Positions 53,000 to 61,467 of a stretch of DNA of 64,000 nt are shown here, in pieces. The notes under the pieces were generated by a model. The model saw only the letters and a list, made by a program, of their open reading frames with translations. It was not told the origin of the DNA and made no database searches. The position numbers were made by a program, and so were the translations under genes. Numbering within the stretch: the stretch's first letter is position 1; every line of letters begins with the position of its first letter. The DNA lies in NCBI RefSeq assembly GCF_045037415.1, contig NZ_CP173438.1, one strand, 5' to 3'. The DNA is from Escherichia coli (lineage in GTDB: Bacteria > Pseudomonadota > Gammaproteobacteria > Enterobacterales > Enterobacteriaceae).

Positions 53000-54744
53000 G
53001 CCAGGGACTCCTGCACATGAAGACTGGCAGCATAAGCCTTCTGATAACGTTTTTTCGCTTCCGCACGGGCAGGCTTGCCGGAGGATGTTCGGGGAATACT
53101 GTGGGGCGGCAACAGATCGATATCCGCGGTAACGCCAAATTCGCTTTGGATCCGTGCTGCCAGCGCGTGGATAAGCTGCCCGCGACGTTCTTCATCGCTG
53201 ATCCGACACTGGATCTGCAAAATGATTTTTTCCTGGGCGGTAACAAAAGCAATCGCATCGCCAGAATGAATTTCCGGTTCCTGTTCCGCAATATATTCAA
53301 TATCCTGCGGCCAGATATTACGGCCACGAATAATAATCAGATCTTTAATGCGTCCGGTGACATACAGATAACCGTCCAGCAGATAACCGAGGTCGCCGGT
53401 GTCTAACCAGCCCGTCGCGGCAATCTCGTCTTGTGAAATCTGGTCGCCAAAGTAACCGCTCATCAGGCTAGGGCCGGAGATGCAAATATGGCCTACCACA
53501 CGTTCCGCGACAGGTATACCTGCTTCATTGCGGATTTCAATGCCATGTTCCGGCAACGCTTTACCGCAGTTGACGAAAGTCGATACGGCGCGTGTTTCAG
53601 CACCCGGCGCGACGGCTTTACCCTGGTATTCGAGGATGTCGCGATCCACTTCGTTAACCACAACCCCGGAAGCTTCATCAGAGAAGCTGACAGCCAGCGC
53701 ATTTTCTGCCAGTCCGTAGCACGGCATGAAAGTTTTATCGTCAAAGTTGACCTGACGGAAACATTCAGCGAATTGATGGAGTTGTTCTGCGGAGATGGGT
53801 TCTGCACCAATACCAGCGACGCGCCAGCAGGAAAGATCCAGTTCAGCGAGATCTTTTTCATTCACGCGGCGCTGGCACAATTCATAGCCAAACGGCGGCG
53901 CAACGGAAACGGTGCCGCGATTTTTACTGATCAATTTAAGCCATTGCAGAGGACGCATGGCAAAATCCTGAGTGCGCAAATAATCTACTGAAAGCTGCGT
54001 GGCGACGGGGGTCAGGAGAAAGCCGACCAGTCCCATATCATGGTAGAAAGGCAGCCAGGAGACGCAGCGGTCGCCAGGGCGTAATTTAATCCCATCGTGG
54101 CTTATAGCACGTAGATTAGCCATCACTTCGCGGTGAGTAATGATAACGCCACGGGGAAAACGGGTGCTGCCGGAGGTGTACTGGAGGTAGGCGATATCGT
54201 TTGGAACTGGACGTTGAAGCGCAACATCGGCTTCCGGTAATGCCTTAAACCAGGCGTGGCTTAAAACATGTAATTCGGGATTGTTATGCGTCGCGGCATT
54301 GACCAGTGGCAACCACTCATCACCAGTGATAATGGCTGCGGGCTGGCAACTTGCCAGTAACCCCTGCAGTTTGGCGCTCCAGGAATCCCGCTGACCGACG
54401 CCCATTGGAATCGCCAACGGGACGGCGACTAAGCCGGCATACTGGCAGGCAAAAAAAGCCTCTACAAACCCGCTACTCGTTTCGGCAATCAGTGCCACGC
54501 GATCGCCTTTTTTCAGGTTCAGCGATAACAACCGCTTCGCACCAGCTTCGGCACGCGCTTTTAACGTCTGATATTCCAGTTGATCTTCAAGTTGGCAACG
54601 TCTGTCATAAAAATTCATTCCAGCGCTACTCAGAGCGGCATAGTCCAAAGCATCAACCAGCGTTGGAAAATCGGCATAGCGCATAGGTAGGGAATGCGTA
54701 AAGATTTTATTAGACATATACACCACGAAAAAATTGGATATCAA
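52996..54744 (-). CDS. Fatty acyl-AMP ligase / acyl-ACP synthetase (AMP-dependent synthetase family); start uncertain
   Basis: Track ORF starts at TTG 54744; an in-frame ATG at 54717 (MSNKIF...) is the alternative. AMP-binding core YTSGSTRFPRGV and a C-terminal ...SGKPAR... block. Confidence 0.82.
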   Translation of the reverse strand: MISNFFVVYMSNKIFTHSLPMRYADFPTLVDALDYAALSSAGMNFYDRRCQLEDQLEYQTLKARAEAGAKRLLSLNLKKGDRVALIAETSSGFVEAFFACQYAGLVAVPLAIPMGVGQRDSWSAKLQGLLASCQPAAIITGDEWLPLVNAATHNNPELHVLSHAWFKALPEADVALQRPVPNDIAYLQYTSGSTRFPRGVIITHREVMANLRAISHDGIKLRPGDRCVSWLPFYHDMGLVGFLLTPVATQLSVDYLRTQDFAMRPLQWLKLISKNRGTVSVAPPFGYELCQRRVNEKDLAELDLSCWRVAGIGAEPISAEQLHQFAECFRQVNFDDKTFMPCYGLAENALAVSFSDEASGVVVNEVDRDILEYQGKAVAPGAETRAVSTFVNCGKALPEHGIEIRNEAGIPVAERVVGHICISGPSLMSGYFGDQISQDEIAATGWLDTGDLGYLLDGYLYVTGRIKDLIIIRGRNIWPQDIEYIAEQEPEIHSGDAIAFVTAQEKIILQIQCRISDEERRGQLIHALAARIQSEFGVTADIDLLPPHSIPRTSSGKPARAEAKKRYQKAYAASLHVQESLA

Positions 54745-55087
54745 AAATAAAATGACAATAATGCGGTGGATTATATAGGCATAAAAGATAAATGAGATAG
54801 TATTTTCATCGGTGCGATATTGAACATTGATTTAAATAATAGGTTTTGTTTTGTTGTTTTTATTGTGAATGATATTTGATTTATGAATGTATTAAGAATG
54901 AACCTTGTCTGACCGCATTAAATCGCTAAAAGGCATTGTGGCGCTTCTTCGTTGGCTGTGATCTTATCGTAATCATTAATAAATAATATTTATTCTTATT
55001 TTGTATTCATGGTGTTGATTATTAAGATGCCGTTCGTTGCTGTTGCAACCTGTTTTTCATCGTTAATTATTTGTTATCCACAGAGAT
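54745..55087. promoter_or_regulatory. AT-rich divergent intergenic region between the lipid-synthesis operon and yghO
   Basis: ~340 bp of visibly AT-rich sequence with A/T tracts (e.g. TTTTGTTTTGTTGTTTTTATTGTGAATGATATTTGATTTATGAATG) between two divergent starts. Confidence 0.4.
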
Positions 55088-56230
55088 ATGGAATGCGATC
55101 TGCTGATGATTAAAATTGAAAAAGTAATTAATAAAAATGACCTTAAGGCATTTATCGCTTTTCCGTCATCACTTTATCCCGACGATCCAAACTGGATACC
55201 CCCTTTATTCATTGAACGCAACGAGCATTTGTCTGCGAAAAATCCGGGGACGGACCATATCATCTGGCAGGCGTGGGTGGCAAAAAAAGCGGGGCAGATA
55301 GTTGGGCGTATTACCGCGCAAATAGATACCTTGCACCGCGAGCGTTACGGCAAAGATACCGGTCATTTCGGCATGATTGACGCCATTGATGATCCGCAGG
55401 TTTTTGCCGCGTTGTTTGGCGCAGCGGAAGCGTGGTTGAAGTCACAAGGTGCAAGTAAGATCAGCGGTCCTTTCAGCCTGAATATCAATCAGGAAAGCGG
55501 ATTACTGATTGAAGGTTTCGATACACCACCCTGTGCGATGATGCCGCACGGTAAACCGTGGTATGCCGCGCATATTGAACAATTGGGTTATCACAAAGGC
55601 ATTGATTTACTGGCGTGGTGGATGCAGCGAACCGATCTCACTTTCTCTCCGGCGCTAAAAAAACTGATGGATCAGGTGCGTAAGAAGGTGACCATTCGCT
55701 GCATCAATCGCCAGCGGTTTGCCGAAGAGATGCAGATCCTGCGTGAGATTTTCAATTCTGGCTGGCAGCACAACTGGGGATTTGTGCCGTTTACCGAACA
55801 TGAATTCGCGACCATGGGCGACCAACTTAAATATCTGGTGCCGGACGATATGATCTACATCGCTGAGATTGATTCTGCACCCTGCGCGTTTATTGTCGGC
55901 TTGCCAAACATCAACGAGGCGATTGCCGATCTGAACGGATCGCTCTTTCCCTTCGGCTGGGCAAAATTGCTGTGGCGTTTAAAAGTCAGCGGTGTGCGAA
56001 CTGCGCGAGTACCGCTGATGGGCGTGCGGGACGAGTATCAGTTCAGCCGCATCGGCCCGGTGATTGCGTTGTTATTGATTGAAGCCTTACGCGATCCGTT
56101 TGCCCGCCGGAAGATCGATGCGCTGGAGATGTCATGGATCCTCGAAACCAATACAGGCATGAATAACATGCTGGAACGCATTGGGGCGGAGCCGTACAAG
56201 CGTTACCGATTGTATGAAAAGCAGATTTGA
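55088..56230 (+). CDS. yghO: GNAT-like acyltransferase-family protein YghO, apparently intact
   Basis: 380-aa continuous ORF MECDLLMIKIEKVINKNDLKAF... (alternative start ATG at 55106). I recall K-12 yghO being annotated as a pseudogene. Confidence 0.7.
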   Translation: MECDLLMIKIEKVINKNDLKAFIAFPSSLYPDDPNWIPPLFIERNEHLSAKNPGTDHIIWQAWVAKKAGQIVGRITAQIDTLHRERYGKDTGHFGMIDAIDDPQVFAALFGAAEAWLKSQGASKISGPFSLNINQESGLLIEGFDTPPCAMMPHGKPWYAAHIEQLGYHKGIDLLAWWMQRTDLTFSPALKKLMDQVRKKVTIRCINRQRFAEEMQILREIFNSGWQHNWGFVPFTEHEFATMGDQLKYLVPDDMIYIAEIDSAPCAFIVGLPNINEAIADLNGSLFPFGWAKLLWRLKVSGVRTARVPLMGVRDEYQFSRIGPVIALLLIEALRDPFARRKIDALEMSWILETNTGMNNMLERIGAEPYKRYRLYEKQI

Positions 56231-56236
56231 TGGCAG

Positions 56237-57001
56237 TCACCCCTGCTTCATCTCCAGCGGCACCGCCGAGCGAATCAAATGGTGGCCTTCCAGCTCGATA
56301 TCGTGGAGATTCTTTTTCACGGTCCGCACATGATCGCGTGCTGCGCGCTGGGCGACGTGCGGCAGCCGCTGCAACACCGCGTTGTAGATCCGCGCATGCT
56401 GGCGATCGATCTGCTTTTTTTGCTGTGGTCGATGGTAGAGATTATTTACGCTGGCAAACACCGAATTAAACATCAGGTCGGTCAATGATTGCAGCGTAAA
56501 CTCCAGCACCTGATTGTGAGAAGCCTGACAAATGGCGAGATGGAAAGCGTGATCCAACTGCGCATGTTCGATCAGCGAAATCTCTTTGTTGTTCTCACTG
56601 GCGGCGAGCATTTTTTCATAACAGCGGGTTATCACAACAAAATCAGCCTGGGTTCCCAGCGTTGCCGCCAGCCTTGCCGATTCGCCCTCCAGTAATGCGC
56701 GAACGTCGAGCAGATCGTACAGCGTTCGCGGCTGCGTACTGAACAGATGGATCAGCGGGCTGGTGTCCTGCACCCGATTAAGCCGTGCGACACGAGAATC
56801 GCGACCCTGCGCCGTTTCAATAATCCCGCGCCCGCGCAGCACGGTCAGCCCTTCACGCAGTGCGGAGCGTGAGAAGCCGAGCTTTTCACACAGTCGACGT
56901 TCCGAGGGAAGCGGCTGACCGACCTTCAGTACGCCGTCGATAATTAACCGTTCGATACTCTCTGCAACCACTTCGCAAATAGGGCGACGTTCATCTTTCA
57001 T
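56237..57001 (-). CDS. glcC: GntR/FadR-family glycolate-responsive activator
   Basis: Track ORF 56237..57061; preferred start ATG at 57001 (MKDERRPICEVVAESIERLI...), 254 aa. Confidence 0.93.
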   Translation of the reverse strand: MKDERRPICEVVAESIERLIIDGVLKVGQPLPSERRLCEKLGFSRSALREGLTVLRGRGIIETAQGRDSRVARLNRVQDTSPLIHLFSTQPRTLYDLLDVRALLEGESARLAATLGTQADFVVITRCYEKMLAASENNKEISLIEHAQLDHAFHLAICQASHNQVLEFTLQSLTDLMFNSVFASVNNLYHRPQQKKQIDRQHARIYNAVLQRLPHVAQRAARDHVRTVKKNLHDIELEGHHLIRSAVPLEMKQG

Positions 57002-57251
57002 TCCCGGACCTCGTGCACAGGTAGGACCAATTTTTCTGTTCTTAACTCGCAAAACACGCACATCACGTAAGTGATTATGTTACATCAATTTAACATTAAG
57101 TTAACCAAGACAAGGTCACAGAGCTGGAAAAAAAATGGTCTGACCGGTAGCTAAAGAGATAGACGAAAACGAAAAGCCCGCTTAATAACTGTTCACAGAA
57201 GCAGCGCGAAAAAATCAGCTGCCACACAACACAACAAAGCGAAGCCTACTC
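57002..57251. promoter_or_regulatory. Divergent glcC / glcD promoter region
   Basis: Intergenic gap between divergent glcC and glcD; individual sites not mapped. Confidence 0.5.
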
Positions 57252-58751
57252 ATGAGCATCTTGTACGAAGAGCGTCTTGATGGCGCTTTACCCGATGTCG
57301 ACCGCACATCGGTACTGATGGCACTGCGTGAGCATGTCCCTGGACTTGAGATCCTGCATACCGATGAGGAGATCATTCCTTACGAGTGTGACGGGTTGAG
57401 CGCGTATCGCACGCGTCCATTACTGGTTGTTCTGCCTAAGCAGATGGAACAGGTGACGGCGATTCTGGCTGTCTGCCACCGCCTGCGTGTACCGGTGGTG
57501 ACCCGTGGTGCAGGCACCGGGCTTTCTGGTGGCGCGCTGCCGCTGGAAAAAGGTGTGTTGTTGGTGATGGCGCGCTTTAAAGAGATCCTCGACATTAACC
57601 CCGTTGGTCGCCGTGCGCGCGTGCAGCCGGGCGTGCGTAACCTGGCGATCTCCCAGGCCGTTGCGCCGCATAATCTCTATTACGCGCCGGATCCGTCCTC
57701 ACAAATCGCCTGTTCGATTGGCGGCAATGTGGCGGAAAATGCCGGTGGCGTTCACTGCCTGAAATATGGTCTAACCGTACATAACCTGCTGAAAATTGAA
57801 GTGCAAACGCTGGATGGCGAGGCGCTGACGCTGGGATCGGACGCGCTGGATTCGCCTGGTTTTGACCTGCTGGCGCTGTTTACCGGATCGGAAGGTATGC
57901 TCGGCGTGACCACCGAAGTGACGTTAAAACTGCTGCCGAAGCCGCCCGTGGCGCGGGTGCTGTTAGCCAGCTTTGACTCGGTAGAAAAAGCCGGACTTGC
58001 GGTTGGTGACATCATCGCCAATGGCATTATCCCCGGCGGGCTGGAGATGATGGATAACCTGTCGATCCGCGCTGCGGAAGATTTTATACATGCCGGTTAT
58101 CCCGTCGATGCCGAAGCGATTTTATTGTGCGAGCTGGACGGCGTGGAGTCTGACGTACAGGAAGACTGCGAGCGGGTTAACGACATCTTGTTGAAAGCGG
58201 GCGCGACTGACGTCCGTCTGGCACAGGACGAAGCAGAGCGCGTACGTTTCTGGGCCGGCCGCAAGAACGCATTCCCGGCAGTGGGGCGCATTTCCCCGGA
58301 TTACTACTGTATGGATGGCACCATCCCACGCCGCGCGCTGCCTGGCGTACTGGAAGGCATTGCCCGTTTATCGCAGCAATATGATTTACGCGTTGCCAAC
58401 GTCTTTCATGCCGGAGACGGCAACATGCACCCGTTAATCCTTTTCGATGCCAACGAACCCGGTGAATTTGCCCGCGCGGAAGAGCTGGGCGGGAAGATCC
58501 TCGAACTCTGCGTTGAAGTTGGCGGCAGCATCAGTGGGGAACATGGCATTGGGCGCGAAAAAATCAATCAAATGTGCGCCCAGTTCAACAGCGATGAAAT
58601 CACGACCTTCCATGCGGTCAAGGCGGCGTTTGACCCCGATGGTTTGCTGAACCCTGGGAAAAACATTCCCACGCTACACCGCTGTGCTGAATTTGGTGCC
58701 ATGCATGTGCATCACGGTCATTTACCTTTCCCTGAACTGGAGCGTTTCTGA
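57252..58751 (+). CDS. glcD: Glycolate oxidase FAD-binding subunit
   Basis: 499-aa ORF MSILYEERLDGALPDVDRTSVLMALREHVPG... Confidence 0.96.
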   Translation: MSILYEERLDGALPDVDRTSVLMALREHVPGLEILHTDEEIIPYECDGLSAYRTRPLLVVLPKQMEQVTAILAVCHRLRVPVVTRGAGTGLSGGALPLEKGVLLVMARFKEILDINPVGRRARVQPGVRNLAISQAVAPHNLYYAPDPSSQIACSIGGNVAENAGGVHCLKYGLTVHNLLKIEVQTLDGEALTLGSDALDSPGFDLLALFTGSEGMLGVTTEVTLKLLPKPPVARVLLASFDSVEKAGLAVGDIIANGIIPGGLEMMDNLSIRAAEDFIHAGYPVDAEAILLCELDGVESDVQEDCERVNDILLKAGATDVRLAQDEAERVRFWAGRKNAFPAVGRISPDYYCMDGTIPRRALPGVLEGIARLSQQYDLRVANVFHAGDGNMHPLILFDANEPGEFARAEELGGKILELCVEVGGSISGEHGIGREKINQMCAQFNSDEITTFHAVKAAFDPDGLLNPGKNIPTLHRCAEFGAMHVHHGHLPFPELERF

Positions 58752-59803
58752 TGCTACGCGAGTGTGATTACAGCCAGGCGCTGCTGGAGCAGGTGAATCA
58801 GGCGATTAGCGATAAAACGCCGCTGGTGATTCAGGGCAGCAATAGCAAAGCCTTTTTAGGTCGTCCTGTCACCGGGCAAACGCTGGATGTGCGTTGTCAT
58901 CGCGGCATTGTTAATTACGACCCGACCGAGCTGGTGATAACCGCTCGTGCCGGAACGCCGCTGGTGGCGATTGAAGCGGCGCTGGAGAGCGCCGGGCAAA
59001 TGCTCCCCTGCGAGCCGCCACATTATGGTGAAGAAGCTACCTGGGGCGGGATGATCGCCTGCGGGCTGGCGGGGCCGCGTCGCCCGTGGAGTGGTTCGGT
59101 CCGCGATTTTGTCCTCGGCACGCGCATCATTACCGGCACTGGAAAACATCTGCGTTTTGGTGGTGAAGTGATGAAAAACGTTGCCGGATACGATCTCTCA
59201 CGGTTAATGGCCGGAAGCTACGGTTGTCTGGGTGTGCTCACTGAAATCTCGATGAAAGTGTTACCGCGACCACGCGCCACCCTGAGTCTGCGTCGGGAAA
59301 TCAGCCTGCAAGAAGCCATGAATGAAATCGCCCAGTGGCAACTCCAGCCATTACCCATTAGTGGCTTATGTTACTTCGACAATGCGTTGTGGATCCGCCT
59401 TGAGGGCGGCGAAGGATCGGTAAAAGCAGCGCGTGAACTGCTGGGGGGCGAAGAGGTTGCGGGTCAGTTCTGGCAGCAATTGCGTGAACAACAACTGCCG
59501 TTCTTCTCGTTACCAGGTACCTTATGGCGCATTTCCTTACCCAGCGATGCGCCGATGATGGATTTACCCGGCGAGCAACTGATCGACTGGGGCGGGGCGT
59601 TACGCTGGCTGAAATCGACAGCCGATGACAATCAAATCCATCGCATTGCCCGCAACGCTGGCGGTCATGCGACCCGCTTTAGTGCCGGAGATGGTGGTTT
59701 TGCCCCGCTACCGGCTCCTTTATTCCGCTATCACCAGCAGCTTAAACAGCAGCTCGACCCTTGCGGCGTGTTTAATCCCGGTCGCATGTACGCGGAGCTT
59801 TAA
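58751..59803 (+). CDS. glcE: Glycolate oxidase FAD-binding subunit GlcE
   Basis: 350-aa ORF MLRECDYSQALLEQVNQAISDKTPLVIQGSNSKAF...; start overlaps the glcD stop. Confidence 0.95.
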   Translation: MLRECDYSQALLEQVNQAISDKTPLVIQGSNSKAFLGRPVTGQTLDVRCHRGIVNYDPTELVITARAGTPLVAIEAALESAGQMLPCEPPHYGEEATWGGMIACGLAGPRRPWSGSVRDFVLGTRIITGTGKHLRFGGEVMKNVAGYDLSRLMAGSYGCLGVLTEISMKVLPRPRATLSLRREISLQEAMNEIAQWQLQPLPISGLCYFDNALWIRLEGGEGSVKAARELLGGEEVAGQFWQQLREQQLPFFSLPGTLWRISLPSDAPMMDLPGEQLIDWGGALRWLKSTADDNQIHRIARNAGGHATRFSAGDGGFAPLPAPLFRYHQQLKQQLDPCGVFNPGRMYAEL

Positions 59804-59813
59804 GGAGCAGGCT

Positions 59814-61037
59814 ATGCAAACCCAATTAACCGAAGAGATGCGGCAGAACGCGCGGGCGCTGGAAGCCGACAGCATCCTGCGCGCCTGTGTTCACTGCGGA
59901 TTTTGTACCGCAACCTGCCCAACCTATCAGCTCCTGGGCGATGAACTGGACGGGCCGCGCGGGCGCATCTATCTGATTAAACAGGTGCTGGAAGGCAACG
60001 ACGTCACGCTTAAAACACAGGAGCATCTCGATCGCTGTCTCACTTGCCGCAATTGTGAAACCACCTGTCCTTCTGGTGTGCGCTATCACAATTTGCTGGA
60101 TATCGGGCGTGATATTGTCGAGCAGAAAGTGAAACGCCCACTGCCGGAGCGAATGCTGCGCGAAGGATTGCGCCAGGTAGTGCCGCGTCCGGCGGTCTTC
60201 CGTGCGCTGACGCAGGTAGGGCTGGTGCTGCGACCGTTTTTACCGGAACAGGTCAGAGCAAAACTGCCTGCTGAAACGGTGAAAGCTAAACCGCGTCCAC
60301 CGCTGCGCCATAAGCGTCGGGTTTTAATGCTGGAAGGCTGCGCCCAGCCTACGCTTTCGCCCAACACCAACGCGGCAACTGCGCGAGTGCTGGATCGTCT
60401 GGGGATCAGCGTCATGCCAGCTAACGAAGCAGGCTGTTGTGGCGCGGTGGACTATCATCTTAATGCGCAAGAGAAAGGGTTAGCGCGGGCGCGCAATAAT
60501 ATTGATGCCTGGTGGCCCGCGATTGAAGCAGGTGCCGAGGCTATTTTGCAGACTGCCAGCGGCTGCGGCGCGTTTGTCAAAGAGTATGGGCAGATGCTGA
60601 AAAACGATGCGTTGTATGCCGATAAAGCGCGTCAGGTCAGTGAGCTGGCGGTCGATTTAGTCGAACTTCTGCGCGAGGAACCGCTGGAAAAACTGGCAAT
60701 TCGCGGCGATAAAAAACTGGCCTTCCACTGCCCGTGTACCCTACAACATGCGCAAAAGCTGAACGGCGAAGTGGAAAAAGTGTTGCTTCGTCTTGGATTT
60801 ACCTTAACGGACGTTCCCGACAGCCATCTGTGCTGCGGTTCAGCGGGAACATATGCGTTAACGCATCCCGATCTGGCGCGCCAGCTGCGGGATAACAAAA
60901 TGAATGCGCTGGAAAGCGGCAAACCGGAAATGATCGTCACCGCCAACATTGGTTGCCAGACGCATCTGGCGAGCGCCGGTCGTACCTCTGTGCGTCACTG
61001 GATTGAAATTGTAGAACAAGCCCTTGAAAAGGAATAA
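59814..61037 (+). CDS. glcF: Glycolate oxidase iron-sulfur subunit
   Basis: Track ORF 59625..61037; preferred start ATG at 59814 (MQTQLTEEMRQNARALEAD...), 407 aa with two CxxCxxCxxxCP clusters. Confidence 0.95.
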   Translation: MQTQLTEEMRQNARALEADSILRACVHCGFCTATCPTYQLLGDELDGPRGRIYLIKQVLEGNDVTLKTQEHLDRCLTCRNCETTCPSGVRYHNLLDIGRDIVEQKVKRPLPERMLREGLRQVVPRPAVFRALTQVGLVLRPFLPEQVRAKLPAETVKAKPRPPLRHKRRVLMLEGCAQPTLSPNTNAATARVLDRLGISVMPANEAGCCGAVDYHLNAQEKGLARARNNIDAWWPAIEAGAEAILQTASGCGAFVKEYGQMLKNDALYADKARQVSELAVDLVELLREEPLEKLAIRGDKKLAFHCPCTLQHAQKLNGEVEKVLLRLGFTLTDVPDSHLCCGSAGTYALTHPDLARQLRDNKMNALESGKPEMIVTANIGCQTHLASAGRTSVRHWIEIVEQALEKE

Positions 61038-61041
61038 CAAA

Positions 61042-61446
61042 ATGAAAACTAAAGTCATTCTTAGCCAGCAAATGGCGAGTGCAATTATTGCCGCAGGTCA
61101 GGAAGAGGCGCAGAAAAATAACTGGTCTGTTTCCATTGCTGTTGCCGATGACGGCGGTCATCTGCTGGCGTTAAGTCGCATGGACGATTGCGCGCCGATT
61201 GCGGCTTACATCGCCCAGGAGAAAGCGCGTACCGCCGCGCTGGGGCGTCGTGAAACTAAGGGCTATGAAGAGATGGTGAACAACGGACGTACCGCGTTCG
61301 TGACTGCGCCGTTACTGACGTCGCTGGAAGGCGGCGTACCGGTTGTTGTGGATGGGCAAATTATTGGTGCCGTGGGCGTTTCTGGTTTAACCGGAGCACA
61401 GGATGCGCAGGTCGCGAAAGCGGCAGCAGCGGTGTTGGCGAAATAA
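61042..61446 (+). CDS. glcG: GlcG (heme-binding-like, DUF336) protein
   Basis: Track ORF 61024..61446; preferred start ATG at 61042 (MKTKVILSQQMASAII...), 134 aa. Confidence 0.9.
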   Translation: MKTKVILSQQMASAIIAAGQEEAQKNNWSVSIAVADDGGHLLALSRMDDCAPIAAYIAQEKARTAALGRRETKGYEEMVNNGRTAFVTAPLLTSLEGGVPVVVDGQIIGAVGVSGLTGAQDAQVAKAAAAVLAK

Positions 61447-61467
61447 GCGAAAACGAGGAGATAAATA

